Shown here: piece by piece, positions 54,465 through 64,000 of the stretch
How the letters are laid out: every line of letters starts with the position of its first letter
Numbering within the stretch: position 1 is the stretch's first letter
Source: a virus
Virus record (IMG/VR): IMGVR_UViG_3300029786_000322
Reading direction: 5' to 3' (one strand)
Length of the DNA: 64,000 nt
Made by a program: the position numbers and the translations under genes
Notes under the pieces: generated by a model
Database searches by the model: none
What the model was told of the DNA's origin: nothing
What the model saw: the letters and a program-made list of their open reading frames with translations, nothing else

Positions 54465-55643
54465 TTGAAGGAAGTGTGTTTCCGCCTATGACAAACGAAA
54501 GGATTTTGATTATGAAACGTATTTTATTTTGTATATCACTAAGGTTTATTATGGCGTCTTTTTTTGTCCATGTAACTTTATCAGAGCCGGTAGTTAAATT
54601 CTTTATGAAATTTTCAAATAATATAGAGGAAGTGGCTTGGTTCCTTATAGTATGGTTTTTAATAGTGGAATGGTTTTTTACTCTGGTTGTAACAACAGAT
54701 TTGGCAAGTTTGTTTTTCAAAAACGATTCTGAAAACAATGAACCGAAGTATCAGGCAAGTGGAAAGAAGTTACCCCAGAACAAGATGTCTGGGAAAAGCA
54801 AATAGACATCGTTGCCTATTATGGCACTTAATTTTGTAATCCATGACAAAATTGATAACGAAGAAATTGCTGGATTATGGATATCCTCACAGAAGAAAGC
54901 GTCGTCGATACTATCTTGGAAGCAAGTTGTTTTGCAAATTAAAGAAGGTATACTTAATCTAACCGGCATTCCTCAAATCCATATCAGAAATAAATTAGAG
55001 CAAAAACTAATTGATTTCATATTAACAGAATTCAACGCTATAAAATTACTAAAATTTCAGTGTAGCTGCAACACCTACATCGCAGTTATCCTAACAGACT
55101 TTAGGTGTTGCAATAATTTTAAAAAAAATGGAGATACAGAAATGAAATATGATAATATTAAATACCATCTAATCAATACTATCAATGAAGTAACTAAAGA
55201 AATTAATTCTTTAGATGAATTTTCTCAAAATCAAATATTCAATGAAGATATCATTCCAGATGAGCCAACTTTATTATTTTTAAATAATAGCTACTATTGT
55301 TTAAACGAATTACTCTTAAGCCTTAATAACCTATGATTTTTTGGTGATACCTGGCGTATGGATCTTTCTATTCACCAAAATAATAAAATTTAGGATGCCA
55401 ATCGGGAATCCTCTGCTATTCAAATATGCTATTTTTTTCAGTTCTTTTCATTGCATTCCATTCCTGCTTATTGGTTTATGCCATCAGTCACGAAACGAGA
55501 AGAAAAAAGTATCCGTGCCACTGGTATATGTCAGGGAGCCGACTTTGGACGAAGTAAGGGAAAAGATAAATGATGTGATTGGTTTTACGAGAGTTCAGTT
55601 TACTTATTTAATTTAAAACGATATCTAAAAGGAAGATTCTAAA

Positions 55644-55931
55644 ATGTCATACAGGACTTACATCAACAATACGCAGGTGTTTGGTAATAACGAATGTTAC
55701 CCAGAATGGATCAAGTACGTTGAAAGCAAGGGTATTACAGTCGGTGAAGACGGAGATTATGAGGGAGAACTTGACGATTTCATGGAAGCTCTGGATGTCG
55801 TCGAGTCGATCGTAATGCGGCTTGAATCAGAAAGGCGGGAGAGGAAAAAGAAGGGAGAAAAGTTCTTCTTTATAAATGGGTACATATATAATATGAAGAT
55901 TCGAAATAATCATAAGAAAGGAAATTTTTGA
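55644..55931 (+). CDS. hypothetical protein, 95 aa
   Basis: RBS AAAGGAAGATTCTAAAATG. Confidence 0.5.
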   Translation: MSYRTYINNTQVFGNNECYPEWIKYVESKGITVGEDGDYEGELDDFMEALDVVESIVMRLESERRERKKKGEKFFFINGYIYNMKIRNNHKKGNF

Positions 55932-56263
55932 TGTACAGAAAAATAATTTTGGGAATAATGCTATTTTTTATGGCACGTTTGTTGTATTTGTATATAGCAT
56001 GGTGGGTGTGCGGAAGCTCAAAAAAACTAATGCATGCTTTGCGTGCACTGTGGTATTTATTCCTGGCTGCTCTTGCTCTTTACTTCCGGTATCAGGGTAA
56101 TTTTTGGGAGAAAGCGACAGAGTTTTCATTTACGAATTGGAAAGATATTGTGTTTCTTGTGATGTATGCGATCCCTATTGTGTTAACAGTTGCAGATGTC
56201 GTGCTTACAAGGAAATACGATAAGAAAGAGAAAAATAAGGAGGATTCAAAATGTACAGAGTGA
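55928..56263 (+). CDS. membrane protein, 111 aa
   Basis: Overlapping ATGA start. Three TM helices. Confidence 0.45.
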   Translation: MMYRKIILGIMLFFMARLLYLYIAWWVCGSSKKLMHALRALWYLFLAALALYFRYQGNFWEKATEFSFTNWKDIVFLVMYAIPIVLTVADVVLTRKYDKKEKNKEDSKCTE

Positions 56264-56727
56264 TCATCTTGGCTTTGCTATTTGCTTTGCTTGCGAGATT
56301 CGCATATAAGCTTGGAGTGTCGAATAAAGTTCTTCAGCCAGAGTATTTTTGATCTGGGGGATATTTACAATGAAGTTGTTGAAGATCCGGAAGAAGAAAG
56401 CTTGCGAAGACATCCTCGAATACAAAGGTCATTCCTGGAGGGGGGAAACATACAAAAATTTTCAAGTTAAAGGAAGGCTGCAAGATCAAAGTAAGTGCCT
56501 GTTAATGGTGAGGTGTGTATGTCTAAATATTACGGGGATATTCCATGTGTGAAACTAAATGGAATTGTACATATAACTAAGTGTGCGACAGAATGCCTGT
56601 GTGGTCAAAAATGGAGTTACTCGCGATCTTCAAATAGAGAAGATTTTAAAACAGAGAATATAATTTGGAGAAGTCTGAATGCGGTAACCTGTGAAAAATG
56701 TAAAGAACTAGGAGTTAAAAAGGGAAA

Positions 56728-56949
56728 ATGAATCAAATCGAAAAATGCAATAAATTTGCAGAAAATTTCTTTTCTTCCTTATGGAAACCTCATGGAATCA
56801 TCATGATTGTTCTAGGAGTTATTTTAGTTGTTAATTCATTTAAACTTAAAGACGATGAGGATGATTCTTGGTGGGCTGGTCTAATAGGCGGTATTGTCGT
56901 AATTTTTTGGGGTGTTTTAACGATTATATTGGGACACAATTATTCGTAA
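56728..56949 (+). CDS. small membrane protein, paralog of 51394-51588
   Basis: Shared block listed at 51394. Confidence 0.45.
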   Translation: MNQIEKCNKFAENFFSSLWKPHGIIMIVLGVILVVNSFKLKDDEDDSWWAGLIGGIVVIFWGVLTIILGHNYS

Positions 56950-56976
56950 AACAAAAATAAGAAAGGATCAGAGAAA

Positions 56977-57285
56977 ATGGGATTACAAATGAGAAAAATA
57001 CCATATGGCTACACATTTTACCCGGTGTTGTGGAAAGGAGAAGCGTATGCTGTTGATCTTCTTTGGAGTAGAGATGGAATCGTGTCCGGGTACGTTATGG
57101 TGCACATATGCCAGTACATAGAGAAAAAAATATTTTTGTACGGATATTCTGGTAAACGGCTGTTCAATGCAGGGAAAATCTACAATGAGCACAGAGTGCC
57201 CCTTCTGACCTACTGGATCAGGAGGTTACCAGTGATACTTCTTCGAAGTACCACAACGGGTGAAAGCACAGAGGATCAAAGATAA
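56977..57285 (+). CDS. hypothetical protein, 102 aa
   Basis: RBS AAAGGATCAGAGAAAATG. Confidence 0.45.
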   Translation: MGLQMRKIPYGYTFYPVLWKGEAYAVDLLWSRDGIVSGYVMVHICQYIEKKIFLYGYSGKRLFNAGKIYNEHRVPLLTYWIRRLPVILLRSTTTGESTEDQR

Positions 57286-57411
57286 TCAATGGCATTATCA
57301 GAGATTATTTATTTTTCTGATTATTGATATACTTCTCAACTGCATCTGCTGTACGGTCACTTACAGTTTTATTCTCTGTAAAAATAAAATTTAAAAAGTT
57401 TCCAAAATCCT

Positions 57412-57438
57412 TTGACAAAATCACAAAAGGCGCAATAT
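57412..57438 (+). promoter_or_regulatory. conserved promoter-like element copy 12 (drives tnpB)
   Basis: TTGACA-N11-GGCGCAATATGTATACCG. Confidence 0.65.
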
Positions 57439-57485
57439 GTATACCGTAAAGGTAAAAATACCACAATGGAAAGGAGACAACTGAT

Positions 57486-59015
57486 ATGGGTTACATGCGT
57501 ACTGCAACTGTATATATCAATGAGGGACACCCTCTGTTCAAATATGCAGACAACTTAACAGCACTGACCAACAACCTCAGTAACGCGGCACGTTTCCGTC
57601 AGCGGCAGGTGCTCTCAGCTGTCTCCAAAGAGGAAGCTGACTGGACAGCCAACGAGCGCGAGGTTATGGAGGAAATCCGTAAAACAGTCCCTCTGAGGGA
57701 AAAGGCATCCATGCCGACCAAAGGAAAACATTTCCTCGGATATATGTTTCTTGAGGGGATCTTGCGGGTGAACCATAACCCGGATTTTTACGCTGAAGGA
57801 CTGCCTCGCCAGACAGCACAGCATGTCTTAAAGACTGCAGTGAAAGACATGAAGAGTTTTTATAAAGCCATTAAGGAATACAATAAAAACCCTGACCGTT
57901 TCACCGGACAGCCAGAACTTCCAGGCTACAAACGCAAGGGAGGCCATTCCACTGCGCTGATCACCAACCAGGACTGCACAATCAAAACCTGTGACGGCAA
58001 GTGGTATGCGTACTTTCCTCACGCAAAGGATAAACCCGTGTGCCTTGGATATCCGATACCGAATGCAAGACTTAAACAGGCATGCATCACTCCGAACAAC
58101 GGACGGTATAAGTTGTCCTTTCAGTTTGAAGTAGATGCAGATATCCCGGAAATCCCAGAGGATATCCGTCCAGAGCGTATCTGTGCCATTGACTTTGGTG
58201 TGGACAACCTTATGTCGGTCACAAACAACTGCGGTCTGCCATCCCTGATTTATAAAGGCGGTGTGGCAAAGTCCGTCAACCAGAAATACAACAAAACGAT
58301 AGCTGCACTCGTGAGCGAGCAGACCCTCCGTACCGGGGAAAAGTTTGTCCCAGATGCAGCGTATCACGCTGCAACAAACAGAAGAAACGACCAGATCTCT
58401 GATTTCATGCGAAAGTGCGCAAAACACTTCGTGGCATGGTGCATAGAAAACCGTATCGACACCGTTGTCATGGGTATAAACAAGTACTGGAAGCAGGAAG
58501 CAGGCCTCGGCAAAAGAAACAACCAGAACTTTGTGCAGCTCCCGTTTGACAGGCTGCGTAACATCATCCGCTATCTCTGCGTATGGGAAGGCATCTTCTG
58601 TCTGGATCAGGAGGAAAGCTATACTTCAAAAGCAAGCTTTCCGGACAGGGACTTTATCCCTGTATACGGTAATGAGAAAGGAAAACCCTCCTTCTCCAGA
58701 CAGCGGAGACCTGTACATTACAAGGGAATGTACAAAAAGGATGGCTTCCGCGGGCTTTATACAACAAAATCCGGCGATATCATCAACTCCGACCTGAATG
58801 GATCTGCAAATATCCTGCGGAAAGCATTCCCAAACGCTTTCACAGAAAAACCTGCGCCTGATTTTAACAGTGTGGTAATTATCCGCCATCCGGATGAAGA
58901 AAAAGTCAAAAATAACCGGAAGAAACAGACGGCAGTGCAAAAACAGGACAGCCATGCAAAAATCAAACGGCAGCGCAAAAAGGATGCAAAGCGTAAAAAA
59001 CATCCGGCTGCGTAA
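57486..59015 (+). CDS. tnpB: TnpB-like RNA-guided-nuclease-family protein (RuvC-I/II/III present, zinc finger degenerate). No tnpA present
   Basis: RuvC-I ICAIDFGVDNLMSVT, RuvC-II region VAWCIENRIDTVVMGINKYWKQ, EESYTSK, RuvC-III INSDLNGSANILRK. AAAGGAGACAACTGATATG RBS. Confidence 0.85.
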   Translation: MGYMRTATVYINEGHPLFKYADNLTALTNNLSNAARFRQRQVLSAVSKEEADWTANEREVMEEIRKTVPLREKASMPTKGKHFLGYMFLEGILRVNHNPDFYAEGLPRQTAQHVLKTAVKDMKSFYKAIKEYNKNPDRFTGQPELPGYKRKGGHSTALITNQDCTIKTCDGKWYAYFPHAKDKPVCLGYPIPNARLKQACITPNNGRYKLSFQFEVDADIPEIPEDIRPERICAIDFGVDNLMSVTNNCGLPSLIYKGGVAKSVNQKYNKTIAALVSEQTLRTGEKFVPDAAYHAATNRRNDQISDFMRKCAKHFVAWCIENRIDTVVMGINKYWKQEAGLGKRNNQNFVQLPFDRLRNIIRYLCVWEGIFCLDQEESYTSKASFPDRDFIPVYGNEKGKPSFSRQRRPVHYKGMYKKDGFRGLYTTKSGDIINSDLNGSANILRKAFPNAFTEKPAPDFNSVVIIRHPDEEKVKNNRKKQTAVQKQDSHAKIKRQRKKDAKRKKHPAA

Positions 59016-59020
59016 ATACA

Positions 59021-59073
59021 TTAAAAGTAATCCCACTGGGATAGGGCTTTGTGAATAGCCTTAAGCCACTTAT
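59021..59073 (+). ncRNA. conserved 55-nt structured element immediately 3' of tnpB (candidate omega-RNA terminal scaffold). Near-identical copy at 3703-3757
   Basis: See 3703-3757. Confidence 0.5.
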
Positions 59074-59092
59074 GTTACTCTAACTCCCGAAA

Positions 59093-59133
59093 CCACGCCT
59101 GATGGCGGAGCGGAGCGAAGGTTTCAGGCGTGG
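59093..59133 (+). terminator. long hairpin 3' of the tnpB locus (terminator-like, weak U-tract)
   Basis: CCACGCCTGA, a 20-nt loop, then TCAGGCGTGG, followed by TAATTCATTTT. Confidence 0.4.
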
Positions 59134-59581
59134 TAATTCATTTTAAATCTGTAATGGATCCATCCGTTTCATTCCATAATATCAGTTACAATCAGATGTT
59201 ATTAGCTCTTTATCCGGATATTATAAAGAAGGCATTCGCTGAATATGAGAAGAGATTGTTTGAACAGACTTTGCAGAATGAAATGGAAAAGAAAGCTGCT
59301 GAATGGGATGGGGTTATAGATGCCGTTCAAGATTCTTCCAGCAGACGAGAAAGGTTAGAAAAACGACTCATATATTTAAAGGATTATTTACAAAAGTACG
59401 ATGGTGTGAGTGAACAGATTTATAATAGTTTTAGCAAAGAAATTACAGAAATAGAAGAAGAACTGGGGAAGCTTGGAGGTTGATACATATCCGCAACTTT
59501 TTAGGGTGTTTCGTTATTTCTTAGCTGATAAGATATTTTGGAGACATAAGATTTACGTTTGATAAAAAGGAGAGAAGTGAT

Positions 59582-60325
59582 ATGTTTAACAATTACGTGG
59601 AAATGCTTAAGAAGGCAACGGAAGCAATGACAAGTTTGCACCACACAGAGGCAGGCCCTGCGGAGTACTTCAGCGCAGTAGGATATGAATTTGCGGTAAT
59701 AGGACTTGGGATTCTTTGGTTAGCCATTATTGTTGCTGTTATTGCAATTCCCATAGTGATTACTAAATGGGTATTAAATGGAAAATTTGCAACCAGAAAA
59801 TGGAAAAAATTTTGCAGCATATGGAAAGATGCAAAAGCTATTATTAAACAGAGAAATGATTTGGAAGTTGATTTTCGCTTTTCGATATTACACGATGTGA
59901 ATGATGTTGTTAATACAATCTTTTCGTTTTATCAGCAGCACTGTGGAAAGGATCGGGTAAAACCGTTTATAGACGCTGCTGCTAAACTTTCAGCAAAAAA
60001 ACTTTGGAAATACATACAGTTTGAAGATCTAACAAATCTGTACTCTAAGAGTTGGGAAAAGAGTGGTGTTTTTATAGATAAAAAAGATAAAATAAATATT
60101 TTTATGACGGGTTTAGGAGTAGAAAAACCAGATGATCATGATTATGATTTAATCGTAAATTCCGATTATATTGATTTGAAAGAAGATGCAAAAAAAATAT
60201 TTACAGATGTAGGTGAATATAAAAAAGAGAAAAAGATAAACCATATTATGACCAATGTGTATTTGATCTTGTTATATGCAGTATATGCAATATTTCTGAT
60301 TCCTTTAATTTTGATTTTCATTTAA
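59582..60325 (+). CDS. membrane protein, 247 aa
   Basis: AAAGGAGAGAAGTGATATG RBS. TM helices at both ends. Confidence 0.55.
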   Translation: MFNNYVEMLKKATEAMTSLHHTEAGPAEYFSAVGYEFAVIGLGILWLAIIVAVIAIPIVITKWVLNGKFATRKWKKFCSIWKDAKAIIKQRNDLEVDFRFSILHDVNDVVNTIFSFYQQHCGKDRVKPFIDAAAKLSAKKLWKYIQFEDLTNLYSKSWEKSGVFIDKKDKINIFMTGLGVEKPDDHDYDLIVNSDYIDLKEDAKKIFTDVGEYKKEKKINHIMTNVYLILLYAVYAIFLIPLILIFI

Positions 60326-60370
60326 GATTTGCAAATTGGAGAGTACAATACTGTTTTTAAGGAGAGATTT

Positions 60371-61111
60371 ATGTTAGTAAAACTTGTACCAGGATTAGAA
60401 AAATATGCTATGGATTCATCAAACGTAACGCTTTTACTTCTTGTAGTATTTGCGTCAATTGTTATCAAGGATATTTTTGAGCAGAAAAAACTGTTGAAGG
60501 AGTATGAGGCTTTTTGGATATACCCTATTATAAGTGTTATATTGTTGATTGGCATTGCTCTAAGTCCGGATATAACATCAGATTTATTTATGATACTTGA
60601 ACTTCTCTGTAGTGTAAAGATGGGGGCGCTCCAATACGAGCTGAATAAGAAATCAAGGAACAGAATGGGGTCATGTGCGATTTATATACTCATATTGCCG
60701 GATAATACGGTAATTGTTGAAAAACCCATGTATGAAAATGAAATGCAGTTGTCAGGATGTATATTTTATAATCCAGAATCCAAGAAATATGAAACTTATG
60801 GGACTGTATCGGATAAAACACTTGCAAAAGTCAGAAATAATGAACCCGATCTATATAAAAAGATAGTCAATAATGAGCCGGTCAATGCGCAGGATTATCC
60901 TTTATCATGTGTATGGGAAAGTAATATCCCAAAGGAACATGATGAGCTGCTGCAATACATAATCGAAGAGTGTGTTTATCTGTATTCAGATCAGCTTATA
61001 GAGTTTGGAGAGTACATGGATAAAGAGACAAATATTATTTTCCAACTTTACGGGAAAAGAAATGATGCAGTCAGCATAACACTTAATGAGTATTTTCAGC
61101 ATTACCGATAA
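60371..61111 (+). CDS. hypothetical protein with N-terminal TM helices
   Basis: AAGGAGAGATTTATG RBS. Confidence 0.55.
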   Translation: MLVKLVPGLEKYAMDSSNVTLLLLVVFASIVIKDIFEQKKLLKEYEAFWIYPIISVILLIGIALSPDITSDLFMILELLCSVKMGALQYELNKKSRNRMGSCAIYILILPDNTVIVEKPMYENEMQLSGCIFYNPESKKYETYGTVSDKTLAKVRNNEPDLYKKIVNNEPVNAQDYPLSCVWESNIPKEHDELLQYIIEECVYLYSDQLIEFGEYMDKETNIIFQLYGKRNDAVSITLNEYFQHYR

Positions 61112-61186
61112 ATGAAATTATAGACAAGATTAAGGCAGAGTTGAATAAACAGTCCTCAGAGAAAGACACATAGGTTATAAAATAAA

Positions 61187-61762
61187 TTGGAATATATCTG
61201 CCGTTGGGCGGGGCTTGTGAAACCGAGAGTGATCATGTTGGAAAACGTAGAAGAATTTAAAACATGGGGACCATTGAACCGGCGGCATCATCCAATTAAG
61301 GCAAAACAGGATAAGACATTTGAGCGGTTTGTGCAACAACTTCGGGAGCTTGGCTATGAAGTGGAGCTCCGTGAGCTGATTGCTGCCGATTATGGTGCGC
61401 CGACTATGCGCAAACGATTCTTTATGATCGCGCGGTGTGACGGCAAGCCGATTGTATGACCAGAGCCAACACACGGACCGGCAGACAAGTGAATAGGTAA
61501 AAGCCGGACTGTTAAAACCATACGTTGGAACATACACACAGATTGATTTCAGCCGGCCGTGTCCTTCGATTTTTGATACATCAGAGGAGATCAAAGAAAA
61601 GTACGGCATCCGGGCAGTACGTCCGTTGGCTCCGAAAACAATGGATCGGATCGCAAGAGGTTTGAAAAAGTTTGTACTCGACAATCCGGAACCATTTATC
61701 ATTCGGTGTAACCACGGCGGCGAGCGCAGACCGAACGATATCCGGGAACCAATACAACAAAT
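61187..61762 (+). pseudogene. decayed second copy of the C5 methyltransferase (frameshifts and stops), 5' and middle part
   Basis: RVIMLENVEEFKTWGP...ADYGAPTMRKRFFMIARCDGKPIV parallels 6240-6600. Downstream, homology continues in other frames (KAGLLKPYVG, IRCNHGGER). Confidence 0.6.
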
Positions 61763-61798
61763 CAAATGTTAAATGCCTCACAAAAAAGGAGAAAAAAT

Positions 61799-62218
61799 AT
61801 GTTAGAAATGATCGAAAAAGTTATTAGAGATGGAGGAAATCTGCATATTGAACCTGCATTATACGGAGGAGATATCTTTGTCTGCATTGATTTCCCGTGT
61901 TATTTTGGTTTAAACAATGCAACTGAGTTGTCAGACGCTACTATTGTTTACGAAGGAACAGAACTAAAAGACACCATTGTCGACATCTGCTCACCTGGAG
62001 ATATACGTGCGATAGCAGTTGAAGATTTTTTAACGGATTATGCAGTCAAAGATCCGGCTTTGTTGGTTGCAAGAGCAGAAAATTTACAGACGGCATTAAA
62101 CCATCTCGAAGAGCGTCTGGCAGAATGGTACCATCTGACAGACGCTCAACAGAAAACAATACTGCTCTCTTTTGCAGCAGAACGGAAAAAATACCTCGAA
62201 AATGTAGTACAATATTGA
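61799..62218 (+). CDS. hypothetical protein, 139 aa, inserted within the decayed methyltransferase copy
   Basis: AAAAGGAGAAAAAATATG RBS. Confidence 0.5.
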   Translation: MLEMIEKVIRDGGNLHIEPALYGGDIFVCIDFPCYFGLNNATELSDATIVYEGTELKDTIVDICSPGDIRAIAVEDFLTDYAVKDPALLVARAENLQTALNHLEERLAEWYHLTDAQQKTILLSFAAERKKYLENVVQY

Positions 62219-62469
62219 AAACTATCATGACTTAAAGGGAAATACCCTATACCCACCCACCATCACAAGAAAGGATTTTTTATGAGACAAAATAGATTGA
62301 CAAAACAGAAGATTCTTTTGTTTACCTTGATGTTTGCAATGGCCGTAGAATATATTCCGCAGCCCTCTTCTGCAACAAACTCCACGACCATCGTGACATC
62401 TGAGGCTAAAGAAAAATTTTCATTATCGGATGTCCCGAAGTACAAAGACCAGGCGGTTGCCAGGGCTTT

Positions 62470-62669
62470 CCAGATGATTACATCATAGACCACGATTACA
62501 CAGGAAAAAATACCCAAGAAGCGAGCAGGTACGCAGGTGTGGAAATGCTGTATGTCCTCCGATTCCGGCTGCTCTTGTAAAAGCAAATCTTCCGGAATTA
62601 TGCGTAGCGAAACGCACTGGGAATATGAAAATTCGTGAGGAACAGACCGGGCAGCTTAGGTTTGCTTAA
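62470..62669 (+). pseudogene. 3' terminal fragment of the decayed methyltransferase copy
   Basis: About 95% identical to 7515-7725, including the stop codon. Confidence 0.6.
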
Positions 62670-62780
62670 ATTTTGGAAAATGATGGTAGGAAATTTAAAG
62701 AGCATGATTAAAAATGAATAGAAGAAAAGCCAAAAAGTGAAAGAATAACACCTATCTTTTATGTAGTAAGTATATTTACA

Positions 62781-62872
62781 GTTGCATCCCTTATGGGATG
62801 TATGGGTTGAAATGCAATCAGGCTGCGGATGCTACCGGCTTGTTGCGCTTTATGAGGCGCATGGATGGAAAT
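62781..62872 (+). CRISPR. mini CRISPR array H: 2 repeats, 1 spacer
   Basis: The first repeat, GTTGCATCCCTTATGGGATGTATGGGTTGAAAT, is identical to repeat 2 of array A. The second is GTTGCGCTTTATGAGGCGCATGGATGGAAAT. Confidence 0.55.
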
Positions 62873-62948
62873 TGCAGAAAAAAAGTGGGAAAAGACAGAC
62901 AGTAAAAAAAGAGCTGCAGATTTTTGCAGCTCTTTTGCGTGTCCGCGG

Positions 62949-63791
62949 TTAAGCGTACATTTTCTCCATGATTTTTCTGATATTTTCCTTCTTCTTCCCG
63001 GATACTCCAGGGAGTCCGGTCATCAGGAAATCAAACATCTCATCCTGACAGCCGCCTGTGGAATAGAGCATGTATCCAACCAGTTCCTCTTCTTTTGCGG
63101 TTTCGAGGAATTTCTGGAGGGCAAGTGCACCTGCATTTTCTCCAGTTTCCGCTTCTGCTTCAAGTACATACTCGTTGCAGGAGCCATACCAGTTGATGTA
63201 AAGCCGGACGAAAGTATCTGGTGTTTGATACAAGAGGACTTCCATCTGGCTGATCGCCTCCTGGCAGGTAATATTACGTCCAGAGTCAGTGTCAGCGAAA
63301 AAGTACCAGTTTCCGCGATATTTGAATTCGTTAGTGGAGAGGTCGTAACCTTGGATAAGCTTTTGGCCTTTCCTTGGTCCATCAAGATACCCGGACCCAT
63401 CTGGGAACTTGTGCCAGATGCAGTTCGGGAAAATCTCAGATACAGAGTCTGTTGCCCTCATATCTTCCGGAATTTCCTCTGGATCCATATGGCGGAATAC
63501 CAGCACCTTAAGATCTCCCAGCTCGAATTCGTCATACGAACTGCACCTGGAATCGGAGCGGGTGTTGAAGATGAGAAAACTCAGCTTGTCAAGCAGCTCC
63601 TTGTTTGATAGGTTGTATCCGAGAGCTTTCGCTCCCTGAAAGTTCATGTAACCGGAAACTTTTTCCTTTCGGTCATGTGACAGCAGCTCAAGCGGGATCG
63701 CACCGGATGCCTCACTGTTGTCAATTCTGATTAAAAGATCCTCGTTTACTTCCTTTTCCTGGAGGATAATATCATATCTTGCGTATTTCAT
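62949..63791 (-). CDS. hypothetical protein, 280 aa
   Basis: GAAAGGAGAAAAACCATG RBS on the minus strand. Preceded by the conserved minus-strand motif. Confidence 0.6.
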   Translation of the reverse strand: MKYARYDIILQEKEVNEDLLIRIDNSEASGAIPLELLSHDRKEKVSGYMNFQGAKALGYNLSNKELLDKLSFLIFNTRSDSRCSSYDEFELGDLKVLVFRHMDPEEIPEDMRATDSVSEIFPNCIWHKFPDGSGYLDGPRKGQKLIQGYDLSTNEFKYRGNWYFFADTDSGRNITCQEAISQMEVLLYQTPDTFVRLYINWYGSCNEYVLEAEAETGENAGALALQKFLETAKEEELVGYMLYSTGGCQDEMFDFLMTGLPGVSGKKKENIRKIMEKMYA

Positions 63792-63822
63792 GGTTTTTCT
63801 CCTTTCGATGTTTAAAAAATCG

Positions 63823-63844
63823 GTTTACATCTTCAATATGAAAT
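63823..63844 (-). promoter_or_regulatory. conserved minus-strand upstream motif, copy 3
   Basis: GTTTACATCTTCAATATGAAAT. Confidence 0.45.
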
Positions 63845-64000
63845 AAAAAAAAGACACGGACAAAGCCGCGCCATGAGTTGATTTTGTATGTGTGATGGAT
63901 TTTTATCCGGATTACCTGGTGGTGCCAGATTGGGAAACTTTTTGCACTTCTTCGAATGTCACGCTTGGGAAAGATGCAAAACAGGTTGTTGGCAGAGCGT

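Noticed and set aside
57486-59015. TnpB-like protein as a Cas12 effector using the scattered arrays
   Set aside because: The repeats are type I-C-like and match the adjacent Cas5d. The protein is TnpB-sized (509 aa) and is not adjacent to any array. No tracrRNA-like anti-repeat was seen.
3759-62872. Mini-arrays as RNA anti-CRISPR decoys (solitary repeat units that sequester host Cas proteins)
   Set aside because: Not excluded. But the element encodes its own matching Cas5-Cas8c-Cas7, most units include bona fide spacer-length inserts between two repeats, and one spacer matches the element's promoters. Functional crRNA production is the simpler reading.

Overview
This 64 kb window (GC about 38%) reads as an accessory or early-gene region of a large phage or phage-like element from a Gram-positive host. 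Ribosome-binding sites are GGAGG-type, genes are almost all on the + strand, and no capsid, portal or terminase genes are visible.

Main content:
- Twelve copies of a strictly spaced promoter-like element, TTGAC(G/A)-N11-GGCGCAATAT. Three copies are followed by the same roughly 145-nt structured leader RNA.
- A 14-tRNA cluster on the minus strand with its own canonical sigma70 promoter.
- An SF2 DEAH helicase, a multispecific C5 cytosine methyltransferase plus a decayed, insertion-split second copy, and an N6/N4 methyltransferase.
- A flotillin-like SPFH protein, an HNH endonuclease, tandem HAD phosphatases, a GNAT acetyltransferase and an ASCH protein.
- A split and gene-order-permuted FtsH-like pair: a membrane-anchored M41 protease gene followed by a separate AAA+ ATPase gene.
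- A solitary TnpB, and an IS200/IS605-like element whose tnpB is interrupted.

The most striking feature is a minimal type I-C CRISPR module: cas5, cas8c and cas7 only, with no cas3, cas4, cas1 or cas2. It comes with a ten-repeat array whose repeat stems differ from repeat to repeat with compensatory changes. Seven further mini-arrays of one to four repeats are scattered through the window, three of them starting within 0 to 20 nt of an upstream stop codon.

One spacer of the main array closely matches the element's own promoter consensus, which suggests self-directed (regulatory, CRISPRi-like) or inter-phage targeting. A paralogous two-transmembrane-helix membrane protein lies directly downstream of two arrays.

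All coordinates and calls are from manual reading. tRNA anticodons and gene starts are provisional.
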